From: Pirellulales bacterium
GTDB taxonomy: Bacteria; Planctomycetota; Planctomycetia; Pirellulales; PALSA-1355
Reading direction: 5' to 3'
Length of the DNA stretch: 64,000 nt
Assembly (NCBI GenBank): GCA_963733035.1
Contig: CAVTBU010000006.1
Span: forward strand, 608,001-672,000
Shown here: piece after piece, positions 29,519 through 41,119 of the stretch
Layout: each line of letters opens with the position of its first letter
Numbering within the stretch: position 1 is the first letter of the stretch
Notes under the pieces: model-generated
The model's database searches: none
What the model was told of the DNA's origin: nothing
Seen by the model: the letters and a program-made list of their open reading frames with translations, nothing else
Position numbers and translations under genes: made by a program

Positions 29519-32065
29519 ATGCCAACGACGGTCAACGGCATCGGTACGAAGTACTACGGAACCCGTAACCTTCGCACCTACCAAGGGGTTTGCGAGTCGT
29601 GCCACCGAACCGTGGAATTGCGCGACTACGAGACGACGTACTTCTTCGTCGTTGCTTTCATTCCGATCGTGCCTCTGGGCAAGAAGCAGGTACTGGCCGA
29701 TTGCCCCGTCTGCCGGCGGCATCGAGTCGTCTCACTTGGGGAGTGGGAAAAGATGCGCGAAGCATCACTGGCCGCAGGCTCCAAGGCGTTAAATGAGCGG
29801 CCCGACGATCCGCAGGCGGCGCTAGAGCTGCTCAGGTCGCTCTCGCTCTTTTCGCGATATGATGAGGCGGAAAACCTGGCCCTGGCCGTACAGCACCGCT
29901 TTGACGACAACGCTGATGTGCAGACGGAAATCGGTCACTGGCACGAATATCGACGGCGTCCCCGCGAGGCCGCCGCGTGTTTTCAGACGGCGCTAGCGAT
30001 CGAACCAAGCAACCTGGCCGCCAAGTGCGGAGTTGTTCGCGCACTGCTGTTCGACGGGCGACCCGATGAAGCTCAGTCGCTGTGCGACGTCGAGCCGCGC
30101 ATCACGGCGGAAATCGATCCCGACCTGATCCTGTCGCTCGCAAAGGCCCATCAACGTTGCGGTAACCACCAAGCGGCACTGGTCGCGTTTCGGCAGGTAA
30201 AGCAGGCGGTTCCCAAGCTCGCGAAAGATGGACAGTTTCGGAGTCTGGTGCGTGCCTCGGAGAAGGAGTGTCCCTGCAGTCCGCCGATGTATTCCGGGTT
30301 TTCGCAGGGACAGTCGTGCGCGGTGCTCGTGTCGGCGGCGGTGCTCCTCGGTCTGGCGGTACTGTTGGCAATGAACTATCACATTGCGACACATCGCGAG
30401 CTGCACCTGGTGAATGGTTTTGACGTTCCGGTGGCGGTGCGGACGGACGATCAACCCGAGGTGGTCATCCCCGCGCACTCGCGCGTGGTGAAACCCGTTG
30501 CTGAGGGAATGCACCACGCGGTCGTGACCTGCGACGGCAAACCGGTGTCCGATCAGCAGATACAGATTTCCACGGCATACGCAAGTCGCTGGTTTAGCAA
30601 CCCCGTGTTCGTATTCAATGCTGGCGGCGGAGCGGCAATCCTGTGGGAAAAGACAACCTATGCCACCACACCGGTCGATGAGGGAGAAAGCAGTCTCAAT
30701 TTGGGAGGATCCCTGATTGTATTTGACGACGTGGATTTTCCCTTTCAAGAGTTTCCGGCGACGATCAAGCTTAAGAATGGCAAGAAGATCACGCGCACGC
30801 GAGTGGCGGTGGCCGACATTCGCCCGGAGTACGCACTCCTCATTCCCGACGATGTGGCCTCCTTGGACGATCGGCTCCGCTTTGTCGAAACCCACTTACG
30901 ACTCATGCCGGATTTGACGCTCACATTGCAGGCATACGCGTCGATTGGAGAATCGGCAGGGCAGGGAGATCGGGTGCGCAGGTTCATTGCCGAAGGAATT
31001 GAAGAGGTGCCGCTGCGCATCGAATGGCATCGCGTGGCGGAATACCTGGCTAAGGACCCAGCCGAACACGACGCACTTCGGAAGCGCTACCGGCAAATGC
31101 TGCAAGCGAACCCCAACGACGCGGACGCCCTTTATCTGCTGGGACGAATGGAGACGCATTCGGTGGCCGTGGAATTGTTCGACCGGGCGATAGCGGCCGA
31201 TCCGAGCAGCCCTTATTCGTGGCAGGCCAAGGCCTACCTGTACCATCAGGAGGGCGACTTCGCCGCGGCGAAAGCAGCCTACGAAAAGGCGATTGAACGG
31301 CGCCCTGATGACCCGCAAATTCGCAGCCGCCTCGATGAAGTTCGCTTTGCCCTAGGAGAGTTTGCCGCGCTGGAGAAGGAAGTCCGCACGGCACAGTTGC
31401 AGAACCCCCAACTGCTCGCCTCGCATGTTCAATTTCTCCGCGTTTTGGTCGCGCAAGGCAAGGACGCCGAAGCACGGCGGGCCAGTAGTGACTATGTGTC
31501 CTTGATCGGCGCCAGCGGAGAAAATGCGGAGTTTACCCAAGACACGATTTGCGCGGCAGACACAGCGCTGCACTATCTTTTGCAGGACTTTGCCGGACTC
31601 CTTTCCGACGCGGATGCGACCAATCAGCCACATTCGGCCGCACGGATTCGCTATCAGGCACAGTTGGAACTGGGCGATATTAAAGGCGCGGAAGCCAGCC
31701 TGGCGGAATGTGAAGTGAGCCGAGCCGAGGCGTTTGACGCTTTGCGAATCGGCATCGGCTGGGGCTTGCTGGGCGAGAGTGCCCGCGCAAGCCAGTGGTT
31801 GGACCGAGCTCGCGTGAAACTCGAGCAGGGAAACGAAGATGAGCGAAGTGGTGCCGCGCTATTGCGATCGGCGCCGGAAGTATCCTGGGTCGATGTGCAG
31901 GAGCTAGACATCGAGCCCAAAGACAAGGTCGTTCTGCTGATTGCCCTGGCACAGCAGCAGCCGCCCGAGAAGCGATCGGTACTGTTGAAATTGGCCAGGC
32001 GACTGAACTACGCACTTACTCCGTCGCACTTCTTCAACGAGCGGGCGATCAAGGCGCTGCAGTAA
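29519..32065 (+). CDS. TPR-repeat membrane protein with N-terminal zinc ribbon
   Basis: GAGGAG RBS; MPTTVNGIGTKYYG start, CESC...CPVC, one central TM segment, TPR-like repeats on both sides. Confidence 0.75.
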   Translation: MPTTVNGIGTKYYGTRNLRTYQGVCESCHRTVELRDYETTYFFVVAFIPIVPLGKKQVLADCPVCRRHRVVSLGEWEKMREASLAAGSKALNERPDDPQAALELLRSLSLFSRYDEAENLALAVQHRFDDNADVQTEIGHWHEYRRRPREAAACFQTALAIEPSNLAAKCGVVRALLFDGRPDEAQSLCDVEPRITAEIDPDLILSLAKAHQRCGNHQAALVAFRQVKQAVPKLAKDGQFRSLVRASEKECPCSPPMYSGFSQGQSCAVLVSAAVLLGLAVLLAMNYHIATHRELHLVNGFDVPVAVRTDDQPEVVIPAHSRVVKPVAEGMHHAVVTCDGKPVSDQQIQISTAYASRWFSNPVFVFNAGGGAAILWEKTTYATTPVDEGESSLNLGGSLIVFDDVDFPFQEFPATIKLKNGKKITRTRVAVADIRPEYALLIPDDVASLDDRLRFVETHLRLMPDLTLTLQAYASIGESAGQGDRVRRFIAEGIEEVPLRIEWHRVAEYLAKDPAEHDALRKRYRQMLQANPNDADALYLLGRMETHSVAVELFDRAIAADPSSPYSWQAKAYLYHQEGDFAAAKAAYEKAIERRPDDPQIRSRLDEVRFALGEFAALEKEVRTAQLQNPQLLASHVQFLRVLVAQGKDAEARRASSDYVSLIGASGENAEFTQDTICAADTALHYLLQDFAGLLSDADATNQPHSAARIRYQAQLELGDIKGAEASLAECEVSRAEAFDALRIGIGWGLLGESARASQWLDRARVKLEQGNEDERSGAALLRSAPEVSWVDVQELDIEPKDKVVLLIALAQQQPPEKRSVLLKLARRLNYALTPSHFFNERAIKALQ

Positions 32066-32114
32066 CCGCCCATGGAATAGACGATTGCCGCGCCGACAGT
32101 GTTCCGAGAAGCGC

Positions 32115-32864
32115 CTAGCCTTCGATTTCGGCCATTGCTTCGTCAGGGATATTGAAGTTCGACACGACGGATTGGACGTCGTCGTGATCGTCGAGTCTTT
32201 CCATCAACTGCAACACCCTACGCCCCGTTTCGACATCCAAATCGACGGTCGATTGCGGGATACGAGTGATTTCACTTCCGTCGATCGTGATATTCCGATC
32301 GGCAAGTGCCGCGCCAATTTCGGCAAACACACTGGGATCGCAAGTGATCTCGTATTTATCGTCAACTCGCTTGACATCGTCCGCACCCGCTTCCAGGGCA
32401 TGTTCCATCAGTGTTTCTTCATCGATTGAGTCGCCCGGAACGACGAATATACCCTTGCGATCAAACATCCAAGCCACGCAGCCGGTGGCACCCAGCTTGC
32501 CGTCGGCGAGTTCGAATACTTTGCGAATTTCACCGGCGGTGCGGTTGCGGTTATCCGTCAGGATTTCGCAGAGCACCGCCACTCCACCGGCACCGTAGCC
32601 CTCATAGAGGACCTCTTCCAGGTTGCCGTCGTCCAGTTCACCCGTCCCGCGCTTGATGGCTCGCTGGATGTTGTCTTTGGGCATGCTGATCGCTTTGGCC
32701 GCGTCGATGGCGTAGCGGAGCTTGAGGTTGCTCGCTGGATCGCCACCGCCGCACTTGGCGGCCACGATGATCGCTTTGGAAAGCTTGCTCCAGACCTTGC
32801 CTCGCTTATTGTCGACCAACGCTTTCTTGCGGGCGATGTTCGCCCAATGGGAATGACCTGCCAT
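32115..32864 (-). CDS. yebC: YebC/PmpR-family protein
   Basis: MAGHSHWANI, YEGYGAGGVA, LTDNRNRT, DHDDVQSV.SN. Confidence 0.95.
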   Translation of the reverse strand: MAGHSHWANIARKKALVDNKRGKVWSKLSKAIIVAAKCGGGDPASNLKLRYAIDAAKAISMPKDNIQRAIKRGTGELDDGNLEEVLYEGYGAGGVAVLCEILTDNRNRTAGEIRKVFELADGKLGATGCVAWMFDRKGIFVVPGDSIDEETLMEHALEAGADDVKRVDDKYEITCDPSVFAEIGAALADRNITIDGSEITRIPQSTVDLDVETGRRVLQLMERLDDHDDVQSVVSNFNIPDEAMAEIEG

Positions 32865-32882
32865 TTGCCTCGCTCTTGCTGA

Positions 32883-35246
32883 CTACGGTTTCGCGTTCGC
32901 CTTGCTTGAAACTTTGGGATCTGGTTCGGCGGGCGTCGGCTCGGGGACTGCTACTTTTTCGGTTGCTTGCGCTTCTGCGACTTTGATTTTCTCACTGACC
33001 TGCCGTGCCTCCTCGGGCTCACCATCCTGCTCGTAGACCGTAACCGCGCGGCGCCAAGTTTCGATGGCGTCGGCGATCTCGCCGCTTAGTAATTGCGCCT
33101 CGGCTAGATGGTCCAGGATCACGCCATCGGGCTCGGGCACGGCAGCCGCGACCTTGAGTTCGGCGACGGCCTCGGGGTAGCGCCCCAAGCGATACAAAAC
33201 CCAGCCCAGGCTGTCGCGGTAAGCCATATTCTTTGGGTCCTCGGCCACCGCCACTTGGATCATTTCCAAGGCGCGTTGCAGGTGCTTGCCGGCGTCGGCC
33301 CAAAGATAACCCAGGTCGTTAAGCGCACCGGCATCCTCGGGAAACTCGTCGAGCACTTGTTCGAGCCATTCCTCCGCCTGGTCCTGATCGCCCTGCATGG
33401 CGGCGATGTTTGAAAGCACGAGCCGCGCATCGCGCATCACGTCGCGTACATCAGGCGATTCATGGTTCTTGTCGTATTGGTCAAGCAAGGCGAGATAACT
33501 TTTGCGGGCATCGTCCAATCGCTTCGCGTGAAACTGAATCCAGGCGACGCGACTGGCAAACCGTGGCGAGTCCTGCTTGAGGTTGGCGGCCTCTTGCGCC
33601 CGCTGGATGGCGTCGTCCGTGCGGCCGTCCATTTCCAGGGCACCCGCCAGGTAGAAGCTGATCGCCGCGCTGTTTTCCGGCAACACTTTATCGTTCAAGG
33701 CCCGTTCGAAAACCTTGATAGCCCGCGGGTATTGGCCGGCGGCAAATAGGTCTAAACCCCAACTGACGAGGGCTTCGGCCGGTTTGACTCCCTCGGCTTG
33801 CATGGCGGCGTCAAACAACTTGTCTGCCGTATCGAATTCCTCCAACTTGCTGGCCACGAGGGCGGCGGCCATCCATTGTCCGTAGTCGAGTGCCGTCGGT
33901 TCCGCACCTTCGGCCGGTAGCCTTTTTTCCGCCTCGACCACAACCGACTCAGCAATCGGCTTGTCGGCCAGCAACTTGCTGCCCGATTGACCGAGAGGGG
34001 AGAGATTGCCGACTCTGCCCACAGAATTGCCTAACAGCGTCAATATCTTGGCGGGTTCATTCTCTTGGCGGTAGATATCGAGGAGCGCGGTAATGGCCTC
34101 TAGGGGTGGTCGTGTTTTTCGCTGTTCAATCAAGGTTTCAAGGATCGGCCGGGCCTTGTCGAGATCGCCTGCCGCACGATAGCGCTCCGCCAAAAAATAC
34201 GAGAGTGGCAAGTTCTCTGTATCGGTCGCTCGATACTTTTCCAATCGCGCTGCAAGTTGGTCTTCCTGTCCCAGCTCGCCGAGCACGTCGGCATACAACT
34301 CGTAGGGGCCGGTGCCTTGGTCGGAGAAATGTTTTTCCAGGTACGTGTCCAGCTTTGCCAAGGCCTGCGCGTGCTGTTTTCTCTCAGCCTCGGTGCGAGC
34401 CTGGTTGTACAGGTTTCGCGATTCCTCCGCCTTGAACTCGTTCGCCTTTTCAAAAGCCGTCGCCGCATCAGCGGGACGGTGAGCTTCAAGAAACGCCTCG
34501 CCGAACAATTGATAGGTAAGCTCACCCTTGTTCAAGAGGGCTTTTTCGACTTCCGAAGAAAGCCCAAATTCCTTGGGGCTATCCAAGGCCTGCATGACAC
34601 GAGCGAATTTCTCAGCCGCCCGGTCAAACTTTTTGGCGACAAAGTAGAGCCGGCCCATCTCCATATACATCAGTACGGCGTTGGCTGGCGGCTTCTCGTC
34701 CTTTTCGTCCTGCAGCGAGAGCGCCTTTTCATAGAGCCCTAGCGCGCGCTCCGTGTCGCCGTCCTCGGTTAGGTACATGGCCAGGCGACGCAGTAAGTTG
34801 GCGTCGTTCGGAGACCGCTCAGCCAAAATGATTGCATAGCGGACACCCTCTTCCTGGCGGTCGAGATTGAACGCCAGCGGTACGATCTCGCGAAGCGCAG
34901 CCAGCGCATCTGGGTCAAAGCGGTAGGCGCGTTCGTAGTTCTGAAGCGCCTCGGCGTAGTTCTGTTTCTGTTCCGCCACGCGGCCAGCGGCAAATAGTGC
35001 CAGAGCACGAATATGATCCTCCTCGCGTGGACTGCGCGGCCGCAAGGGCACGAAAGGTTCAGCCGGGTCTTCAAATTGCGATGCTTGCTGTGACTGTTCG
35101 ACGGGCACCGTTGGCGCTTTCGTCTCGTCGGCAGTCGCACGGACCGATCGCGCTGCCACAACCAGCGCGGCCAGACACATCAAGATCGCCACCATTGCCG
35201 GGTGAAAACCGGCCCGACGTTGTCGCCAGCGGATGATCAGGTGCAT
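32883..35246 (-). CDS. Exported tetratricopeptide-repeat protein
   Basis: Signal-like N-terminus; many TPRs; ALNDLGYLWAD, AYRDSLGWVLYRLG, ILDHLAE; start uncertain. Confidence 0.8.
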   Translation of the reverse strand: MHLIIRWRQRRAGFHPAMVAILMCLAALVVAARSVRATADETKAPTVPVEQSQQASQFEDPAEPFVPLRPRSPREEDHIRALALFAAGRVAEQKQNYAEALQNYERAYRFDPDALAALREIVPLAFNLDRQEEGVRYAIILAERSPNDANLLRRLAMYLTEDGDTERALGLYEKALSLQDEKDEKPPANAVLMYMEMGRLYFVAKKFDRAAEKFARVMQALDSPKEFGLSSEVEKALLNKGELTYQLFGEAFLEAHRPADAATAFEKANEFKAEESRNLYNQARTEAERKQHAQALAKLDTYLEKHFSDQGTGPYELYADVLGELGQEDQLAARLEKYRATDTENLPLSYFLAERYRAAGDLDKARPILETLIEQRKTRPPLEAITALLDIYRQENEPAKILTLLGNSVGRVGNLSPLGQSGSKLLADKPIAESVVVEAEKRLPAEGAEPTALDYGQWMAAALVASKLEEFDTADKLFDAAMQAEGVKPAEALVSWGLDLFAAGQYPRAIKVFERALNDKVLPENSAAISFYLAGALEMDGRTDDAIQRAQEAANLKQDSPRFASRVAWIQFHAKRLDDARKSYLALLDQYDKNHESPDVRDVMRDARLVLSNIAAMQGDQDQAEEWLEQVLDEFPEDAGALNDLGYLWADAGKHLQRALEMIQVAVAEDPKNMAYRDSLGWVLYRLGRYPEAVAELKVAAAVPEPDGVILDHLAEAQLLSGEIADAIETWRRAVTVYEQDGEPEEARQVSEKIKVAEAQATEKVAVPEPTPAEPDPKVSSKANAKP

Positions 35247-35399
35247 GGAAACCTCGGGGGACGTTCTGAGGGCAAGCCGCGTGTGGCCAACCGCTCGGCG
35301 CTTCGAGCGGCTGGTGGCATTTCTCAAGCCATTTTCATTGTACCGCCCGGTCCAGAGTTGCCCCAACCTCAGCGGGTACGGGGAAGTCGAGACTTCCAA

Positions 35400-36314
35400 C
35401 TAGCGCGGTTTGCGTTTGGATAGTGCCTTGGCCGGAGTCTTCTTGGATGCCGTTGGCGACTTCTTCTTCGAAGTGGCTGCCGGTTTGGAGTTTCTGGTGG
35501 CCGACCTTTCTGATTTCTGCTTTTTGCCTGCGGCGGCTTCCTTGCGGGGATCGCGTTTGCCGTCCTTCTTCTTGGATCTTGCCGGTGGTTCTGCCGGTTC
35601 GGCTGGCGGCGGTTCTGTCGCTGCCTTTTTCGATGCACGTTTTGGGAATCGTTCCTTGGCGTCCGGAGCAATTGACAGCAACAGCTCCCGGACATTCGGC
35701 GAAAACGGAGTTTGGAAAAAGTCTGCACCCAGTTCGTGCAACAATGCCGCGAATTCCTGCCCCTTGCTTTTGGGAATCGCCCGTTCCATGCCCGGCACGT
35801 TGCCAGACTCGGCCTCGGTTTCACTGATCACACCGATCACGTAGAGCACGCCCAGGGTGCCCTTATCAATCGGAATGGCATGACCGCCCAGAGACATCTG
35901 CGTGGCGTAGGCGACGACGAACGGCGTACCACCCTGCAGCTTTTGCAGCCGCTTAACGGCCACTCCCAGGTTCTGCTTCTTGAGATGCTCCAGGTCGAAC
36001 GAGTAGTCCGACTCAAACACGCTTTGCAGGATTCCCTTAACCCGGCTGGCGGCGTCAGCAGCTGCCGGAAGGTGCGAGATGACCTCCGAAAGCTCCTTGA
36101 CGGTGCTGACTCGGATTTCGTTCCAGTCGAAGAACGCTCCTTTGAGCGTTTCAAACGCCTGGACGGCCGCGTCGTAGTGGGCGTTTTCCAAGCAGGCGGC
36201 AAATAGCAGCGAATCAAGCAGCACCTGGTCGCCTTTCACCGGCGTGTGCTTGAAGGTGCGCTTGAGCACTTTATGGGTTTTGGTAATAAGCGATGCGCGA
36301 TTAGTGGTACTCAT
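35400..36314 (-). CDS. HhH-GPD/endonuclease-III-like fold protein with Lys-rich tail
   Basis: FFDWNEIRVS..KEL, FDLEHL, LGGHAIPID resemble Nth-like proteins; no 4Fe-4S Cys cluster; basic K/A/P tail. Confidence 0.6.
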   Translation of the reverse strand: MSTTNRASLITKTHKVLKRTFKHTPVKGDQVLLDSLLFAACLENAHYDAAVQAFETLKGAFFDWNEIRVSTVKELSEVISHLPAAADAASRVKGILQSVFESDYSFDLEHLKKQNLGVAVKRLQKLQGGTPFVVAYATQMSLGGHAIPIDKGTLGVLYVIGVISETEAESGNVPGMERAIPKSKGQEFAALLHELGADFFQTPFSPNVRELLLSIAPDAKERFPKRASKKAATEPPPAEPAEPPARSKKKDGKRDPRKEAAAGKKQKSERSATRNSKPAATSKKKSPTASKKTPAKALSKRKPR

Positions 36315-36378
36315 GCCTGTCTCAACGGGTCACAAAAATTCAAAGGGGGGCGATTGGTGGCGGGCAGGGTCGTAGCTT

Positions 36379-36837
36379 CTAAGGTGCGTTCTCTTCGTCG
36401 TCGGGAGTATTGCGGTCTGCTCGTTGCTCGTCCGCGACATCGATTCGACCGGCATCGGCTTCGTCGGCGCCGGCCGCTGTGTCCTGCACGTCCGCCGGGG
36501 GCAGGACCGATTGCAAAATCTGACTGATCTCAATCGAACGCTTGACCCCCAAGTCTAGCACGAACGCCAGACGGGGGGTGTAGCGGGTGTCAATTCGCTT
36601 GGCGACCTTACTTTGCAGGAATCCCGCGGCATTTTGTAGGCCCCGCAGGCTGAGCTGCTGTTTCGTCTCGTCTCCCATCACGGACACATGGACCTTGGCT
36701 TGCCGCATGTCGGGCGAAACCTCGACGTATGTCACGGTCACGTCGCGAATGCGAGGGTCCTTCAGGTCCGCGATGATCGCCATGCTGACTACTTCGCGAA
36801 TCGCTTCAGCGGCCTTTTGCGTACGCCTGGAACTCAT
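36379..36837 (-). CDS. rbfA: Ribosome-binding factor A
   Basis: LKDPRI..VTVTYVEVSPDMRQAKVHVS, RYTPRLAF..D; directly after infB. Confidence 0.95.
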   Translation of the reverse strand: MSSRRTQKAAEAIREVVSMAIIADLKDPRIRDVTVTYVEVSPDMRQAKVHVSVMGDETKQQLSLRGLQNAAGFLQSKVAKRIDTRYTPRLAFVLDLGVKRSIEISQILQSVLPPADVQDTAAGADEADAGRIDVADEQRADRNTPDDEENAP

Positions 36838-37001
36838 GGCTTCCACCTCAGCGATTGCAAAATGCCACTCGGAAGATTGCCTGAGCCATGGGAAATCCGC
36901 CCACGTCGCGCGCAGCCGCCAACGTCGCCGCCCCCCCGAGACTCTTCCGGGCATCTGTCCCTGCGCTGAAACACTCAAATTCCCTGCCATGCCGGCCGCC
37001 G

Positions 37002-39641
37002 CTAGAACGTTCGAGCGACTTCCTCGACCTTGTAAAACTCGATGATGTCGCCTTCTTTCAAATCATTGAAGCCAGCCAGCTTGATACCGCATTCGAGCCC
37101 CTCGCGGACTTCGCGGGCATCATCCTTTTCTCGCTTGAGCGATTCTAGTGCGTAGTCGCCGATGATGCGGTTCTCGCGAATCAAACGAGCTCGAGCATTT
37201 CTCTGCACGAGCCCCGACAACACGCGGCAACCGGCGATTGTGCCAACGCGGCTGATTGTGAAAGTGCGCTGGACCAACGCGCGGCCTGTCTCGACTTCGC
37301 GTTGCTCGGGTTCGAGCATGCCTTCCAGGGCCGCCTTCAGGTCTTCAGTCAATTTGTAGATGATTTCGTAGCGACGAATTTGCACGCCCCGGTTCTCGCC
37401 CAGGACGCGAGCATTTTCATCCGGCACGACGTTGAAGCCAATAATCACCGCGTCCGATGCATCCGCTAGATGCACATCGGCTTCGGTCACGCCGCCCACG
37501 GTCGCCTGCAACACCTTGATTTTGACTTCCGGGTGCACGAGCTTGGTAAGTTCCTTCTGAATGGCTTCGATCGAACCACGGACGTCGGCACGCAGGATGA
37601 TGTTCAGCGTCTGCGCTTCTTTCTGGCCCAGCCGATCGAACAAGTTTTCGAGCGTGATGTGCACCGGCTTGACGCCCAGGGCGGCTCGGCGGCTCTTACC
37701 TTCACGTGTTTCGGCGATTTCGCGCGCCGTGGCGATATCGGGAAGTACGTAAAAGTGCTCGCCGGCGGCCGGGGCCACGTTCAAACCGGTGAGGTTTACC
37801 GGCAGGCTGGGACCCGCCTCTTGATGAAGGACGCTGGACTTCAGCGTGTCATACATCGCCTTGACGCGTCCAAACGCGGAGCCGCAAACAATTGCGTCGC
37901 CGATCTTGAGGGTCCCGTTCTGGACGATCATCTTCGAGACCACTCCTCGGCCTTCATGCAATTCAGCTTCGAGACACGTGCCGGTGGCGGCGCGATGCGG
38001 ATTGGCTCGATAGTCGCGCAATTCCGCCAAGGTGAGCAACGTTTCCAGTAGGTCATCGATGCCGGTACCGACCGTGGCACTCGTTTTCACGACTTCCGTG
38101 TCGCCGCCCCACTCGGTCGGCAGAAGCTCGGCAGACGCTAGTTGCTGATAAACGCGTTGTACGTCCACTCCAGGCAGGTCGATCTTGTTCAGCGCCACGA
38201 CGATCGGCACGCCAGCCGCCTTGGCATGGCTGATGGCTTCCTCGGTTTGCGGCATGATGCCGTCATCGGCGGCCACCACCAGCACGGCGATGTCGGTGAC
38301 GTTGGCGCCCCTCGCCCGCATCTCGGTGAATGCTTCGTGGCCCGGCGTGTCGACGAACGATATCTTTCGGCCGTCTTTTTCGATTTGATAGGCGCGGATG
38401 TGCTGCGTGATGCCACCGCTTTCACCGCTGACGACGTCAATTCCGATGATCTTGTCCAACAGCGACGTCTTTCCATGGTCGACGTGTCCCAGGAATGTGA
38501 TGACTGGCGGACGCGGTTCGAGCTGCGACGAGTCATCTTCCACTTCGAGAAGCTTGGCGAGAGTTGCTTCGCCCATGTCGACGGCGTGTTTGAAGTCCAC
38601 CTCCACGCCCAGTTCCACGGCCAGCAATTCGGCCATCTCGGGCTCGATTTCGGAATTAATGTTGCCCATCGTGCCCAGCCCGAGCAGTTGGCGCAACACT
38701 TGTTGTGCGGAAAGGCCGATCGCTTCGGAGAAGCTACGCACGGTGCAAGGCAACTCGAGAGTCACCTTGCTCTTGCGAGGTGCGGCGGTGTTCGTGCCGG
38801 TACGTCTGATCATCCTGGCCGATGAACGACGGCGGACGGGCGTCTCGTCGTCCTCTCCACGACGACCTTCATTACCGGCTCGACGACGATTCAATTGCCG
38901 TTGTTCGCGCCCCACCGGAGCGCTCTTTTCGTCCGGAGCGGCACCCGCTTTGCCGCGCCGCCCACGTTGCACGGGGGGGCCCGTGGCGTCGGCGGCCATA
39001 TCGCGACCGCGTCCAGGGCCGGCCGAGCGACCCGGACCAGCCGAGCGACCGACGGCAGGCGCCGTAGGTTCACCTGTCTCGTCGCGACGTTTGCCTTGCG
39101 TCTTGCGGACATGATCGATGAGCGGTTTGCTACCACCCCGATTGGCCGCCTTGATGGCATCGACCGGCAGCCGCAGGTCAGGTTTCTGAGCTTCCTGTTC
39201 CGGTACTGCCGCCGGCTCGGGTTGCGCGACATCTGGCAGCGGGGCGAGCTTGATCGCCGCAGGCCGGGGACTTGCCGGACGCGCAGGTGCGGCAACGTCG
39301 AGCTTCCGTTTCTTGCCATGTTCCCCGAGAACGGGGACGCGATCGCTGGTGGTGCCTCCCGGCGCGATGTAGTCTTCGCGTCGCACCGCTTCGGTCCCAG
39401 AAGTTGGCGAAGCGGTATCCGCCGATGCCAACTGCGAACTCGTAGCGCGCGGCTTCGCGCCGGCCGATTTGCCGCCCTGGCTGCCACCGGCGATGTAAGC
39501 CTTGACGCGCTCCACTTCGTCGTCGGTTAGACTGGCAAGCGCGGATCCCTTTCCGGTGACTCCGGCGCTGGTGCAAATGTCGACCAGGACTTTGCTGTCA
39601 AGTTTGAGTTCTTTCGCTAACGAATAAATACGTACGGGCAA
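37002..39641 (-). CDS. infB: Translation initiation factor IF-2
   Basis: [43 protein letters not shown] start inferred. Confidence 0.97.
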   Translation of the reverse strand: MPVRIYSLAKELKLDSKVLVDICTSAGVTGKGSALASLTDDEVERVKAYIAGGSQGGKSAGAKPRATSSQLASADTASPTSGTEAVRREDYIAPGGTTSDRVPVLGEHGKKRKLDVAAPARPASPRPAAIKLAPLPDVAQPEPAAVPEQEAQKPDLRLPVDAIKAANRGGSKPLIDHVRKTQGKRRDETGEPTAPAVGRSAGPGRSAGPGRGRDMAADATGPPVQRGRRGKAGAAPDEKSAPVGREQRQLNRRRAGNEGRRGEDDETPVRRRSSARMIRRTGTNTAAPRKSKVTLELPCTVRSFSEAIGLSAQQVLRQLLGLGTMGNINSEIEPEMAELLAVELGVEVDFKHAVDMGEATLAKLLEVEDDSSQLEPRPPVITFLGHVDHGKTSLLDKIIGIDVVSGESGGITQHIRAYQIEKDGRKISFVDTPGHEAFTEMRARGANVTDIAVLVVAADDGIMPQTEEAISHAKAAGVPIVVALNKIDLPGVDVQRVYQQLASAELLPTEWGGDTEVVKTSATVGTGIDDLLETLLTLAELRDYRANPHRAATGTCLEAELHEGRGVVSKMIVQNGTLKIGDAIVCGSAFGRVKAMYDTLKSSVLHQEAGPSLPVNLTGLNVAPAAGEHFYVLPDIATAREIAETREGKSRRAALGVKPVHITLENLFDRLGQKEAQTLNIILRADVRGSIEAIQKELTKLVHPEVKIKVLQATVGGVTEADVHLADASDAVIIGFNVVPDENARVLGENRGVQIRRYEIIYKLTEDLKAALEGMLEPEQREVETGRALVQRTFTISRVGTIAGCRVLSGLVQRNARARLIRENRIIGDYALESLKREKDDAREVREGLECGIKLAGFNDLKEGDIIEFYKVEEVARTF

Positions 39642-39742
39642 GTTTAAGCCCTCCCACTGCCTGTCGTGGCCAGCGCAAAAAAAGGCGGCCAAGACCTAAA
39701 ATGACGTTAATGCATGGACGAGTCTCCCTAAACGTGTTGGCC

Positions 39743-41119
39743 TCATCCGTCGGCCGAGGAGGGCGGCGACGAGGCCGACTCCTCAGACGAACTGCCCTCA
39801 CTTTCGCTTCCATCGGACGACGGCTCGGCGGTCGCTGCCTCGGTCGTTTCAGCCGTCTCCGTTTCACCTCGCGCCTCGCGTTCAGCTACTTCGGCCGCTT
39901 CAGCAGCGGCCGTCGCCGCGTCAATTCGCTCCTGTTCGCGTTGCCGACGACGCTCGAGCGCCGCGGCTTGTTCGGCCTCCTGGGCCTTGGCTTCGGCCTG
40001 CTCAACGATCAGATTGGCCTGCTCCTCAGTCAGCTCTCCCATCTCCATCAAGTCGTCCGGCTCGATGATGGATAGGTCGTCATACGACAAGAAACCTTCG
40101 CCGACCAACCGTTCGCTGAGACTTTCTTCCACTCCCTCGAGCGACGAGAATCCGACCACGGCCCGCTCGATCGATTCGTCGAGTTCCTCGCGGGTCATGA
40201 TTTCGATGTCCCAGCCACAAAGCTTACTGGCCAGCCGCACGTTCTGACCGCGCCGGCCGATGGCCAGCGAGAGCTGGTCTTCGCGGACAAGCACAATTGC
40301 CCGGCCGAGCATCTGGCACAAAATCACCTCTTCGACCTCGGCCGGCTGCAGGGCATTGGGAATCAACACCTGCAGGTCGTCACTCCAACGGACAATATCG
40401 ATTCGCTCACCGGCCAATTCATCGACGATGTTCTTGATTCGATTACCTCGCACTCCGACACAAGCCCCAACGCAATCAACACGCTGATCGGAACTGCTCA
40501 CCGCCACTTTGCTGCGGTAACCCGGTTCGCGGGCCATGGCCCGTACTTCAATCACGCCGTCAGCGATTTCCGGAATCTCCTGCTCAAATAGCCGCTGCAC
40601 CAACTGTGGTCGCGTCCGGCTGAGAATCACCTTCACCCGGCTTCCGGCTTTGCGAACTTCAAATACGGTTGCCCGCACGCGTTCGTTCGGATGGTGGGTC
40701 TCGCCCGGAATCTGTTCACTGCGGGGAAGGATTGCCTCAACATTCGTCAGCGAAACGGTGGCGGCGCCGCCTTCGTAACGCTGCACCACGCCGGTAATCA
40801 TTTGCCCGATCAATTCGTGGTATTCGTCGTACAGCGAGTCGCGTTCGGCTTCGCGGATCTTCTGGATCATCACCTGCTTGGCCGTTTGCGCCCCGATTCG
40901 TCCGACGGTTTCTTCGGGGTCGAGGGGAACGCCGTTGTGGGTGCCGCTGATCGAACCGTCCTTGCGGTCGATGTTCACGACAATGTCTTCCTCTTCGCCA
41001 TATTGTTTCTTGGCGGCCGAGACTAGCGCCGCCTCGATGGCCGTAAATACGATCTCCTTATCGACGTTCTTATCGCGATGGATGGCATCGACGATTCGCA
41101 GCAGTTCGTTGGCGTTCAT
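39743..41119 (-). CDS. nusA: Transcription termination/antitermination factor NusA
   Basis: [49 protein letters not shown]. Confidence 0.97.
   Translation of the reverse strand: MNANELLRIVDAIHRDKNVDKEIVFTAIEAALVSAAKKQYGEEEDIVVNIDRKDGSISGTHNGVPLDPEETVGRIGAQTAKQVMIQKIREAERDSLYDEYHELIGQMITGVVQRYEGGAATVSLTNVEAILPRSEQIPGETHHPNERVRATVFEVRKAGSRVKVILSRTRPQLVQRLFEQEIPEIADGVIEVRAMAREPGYRSKVAVSSSDQRVDCVGACVGVRGNRIKNIVDELAGERIDIVRWSDDLQVLIPNALQPAEVEEVILCQMLGRAIVLVREDQLSLAIGRRGQNVRLASKLCGWDIEIMTREELDESIERAVVGFSSLEGVEESLSERLVGEGFLSYDDLSIIEPDDLMEMGELTEEQANLIVEQAEAKAQEAEQAAALERRRQREQERIDAATAAAEAAEVAEREARGETETAETTEAATAEPSSDGSESEGSSSEESASSPPSSADG

Noticed and set aside
39015..39055. 18-bp tandem repeat (GRSAGP x2) in infB
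   Set aside because: Ordinary low-complexity IF-2 N-terminal linker, not an array.
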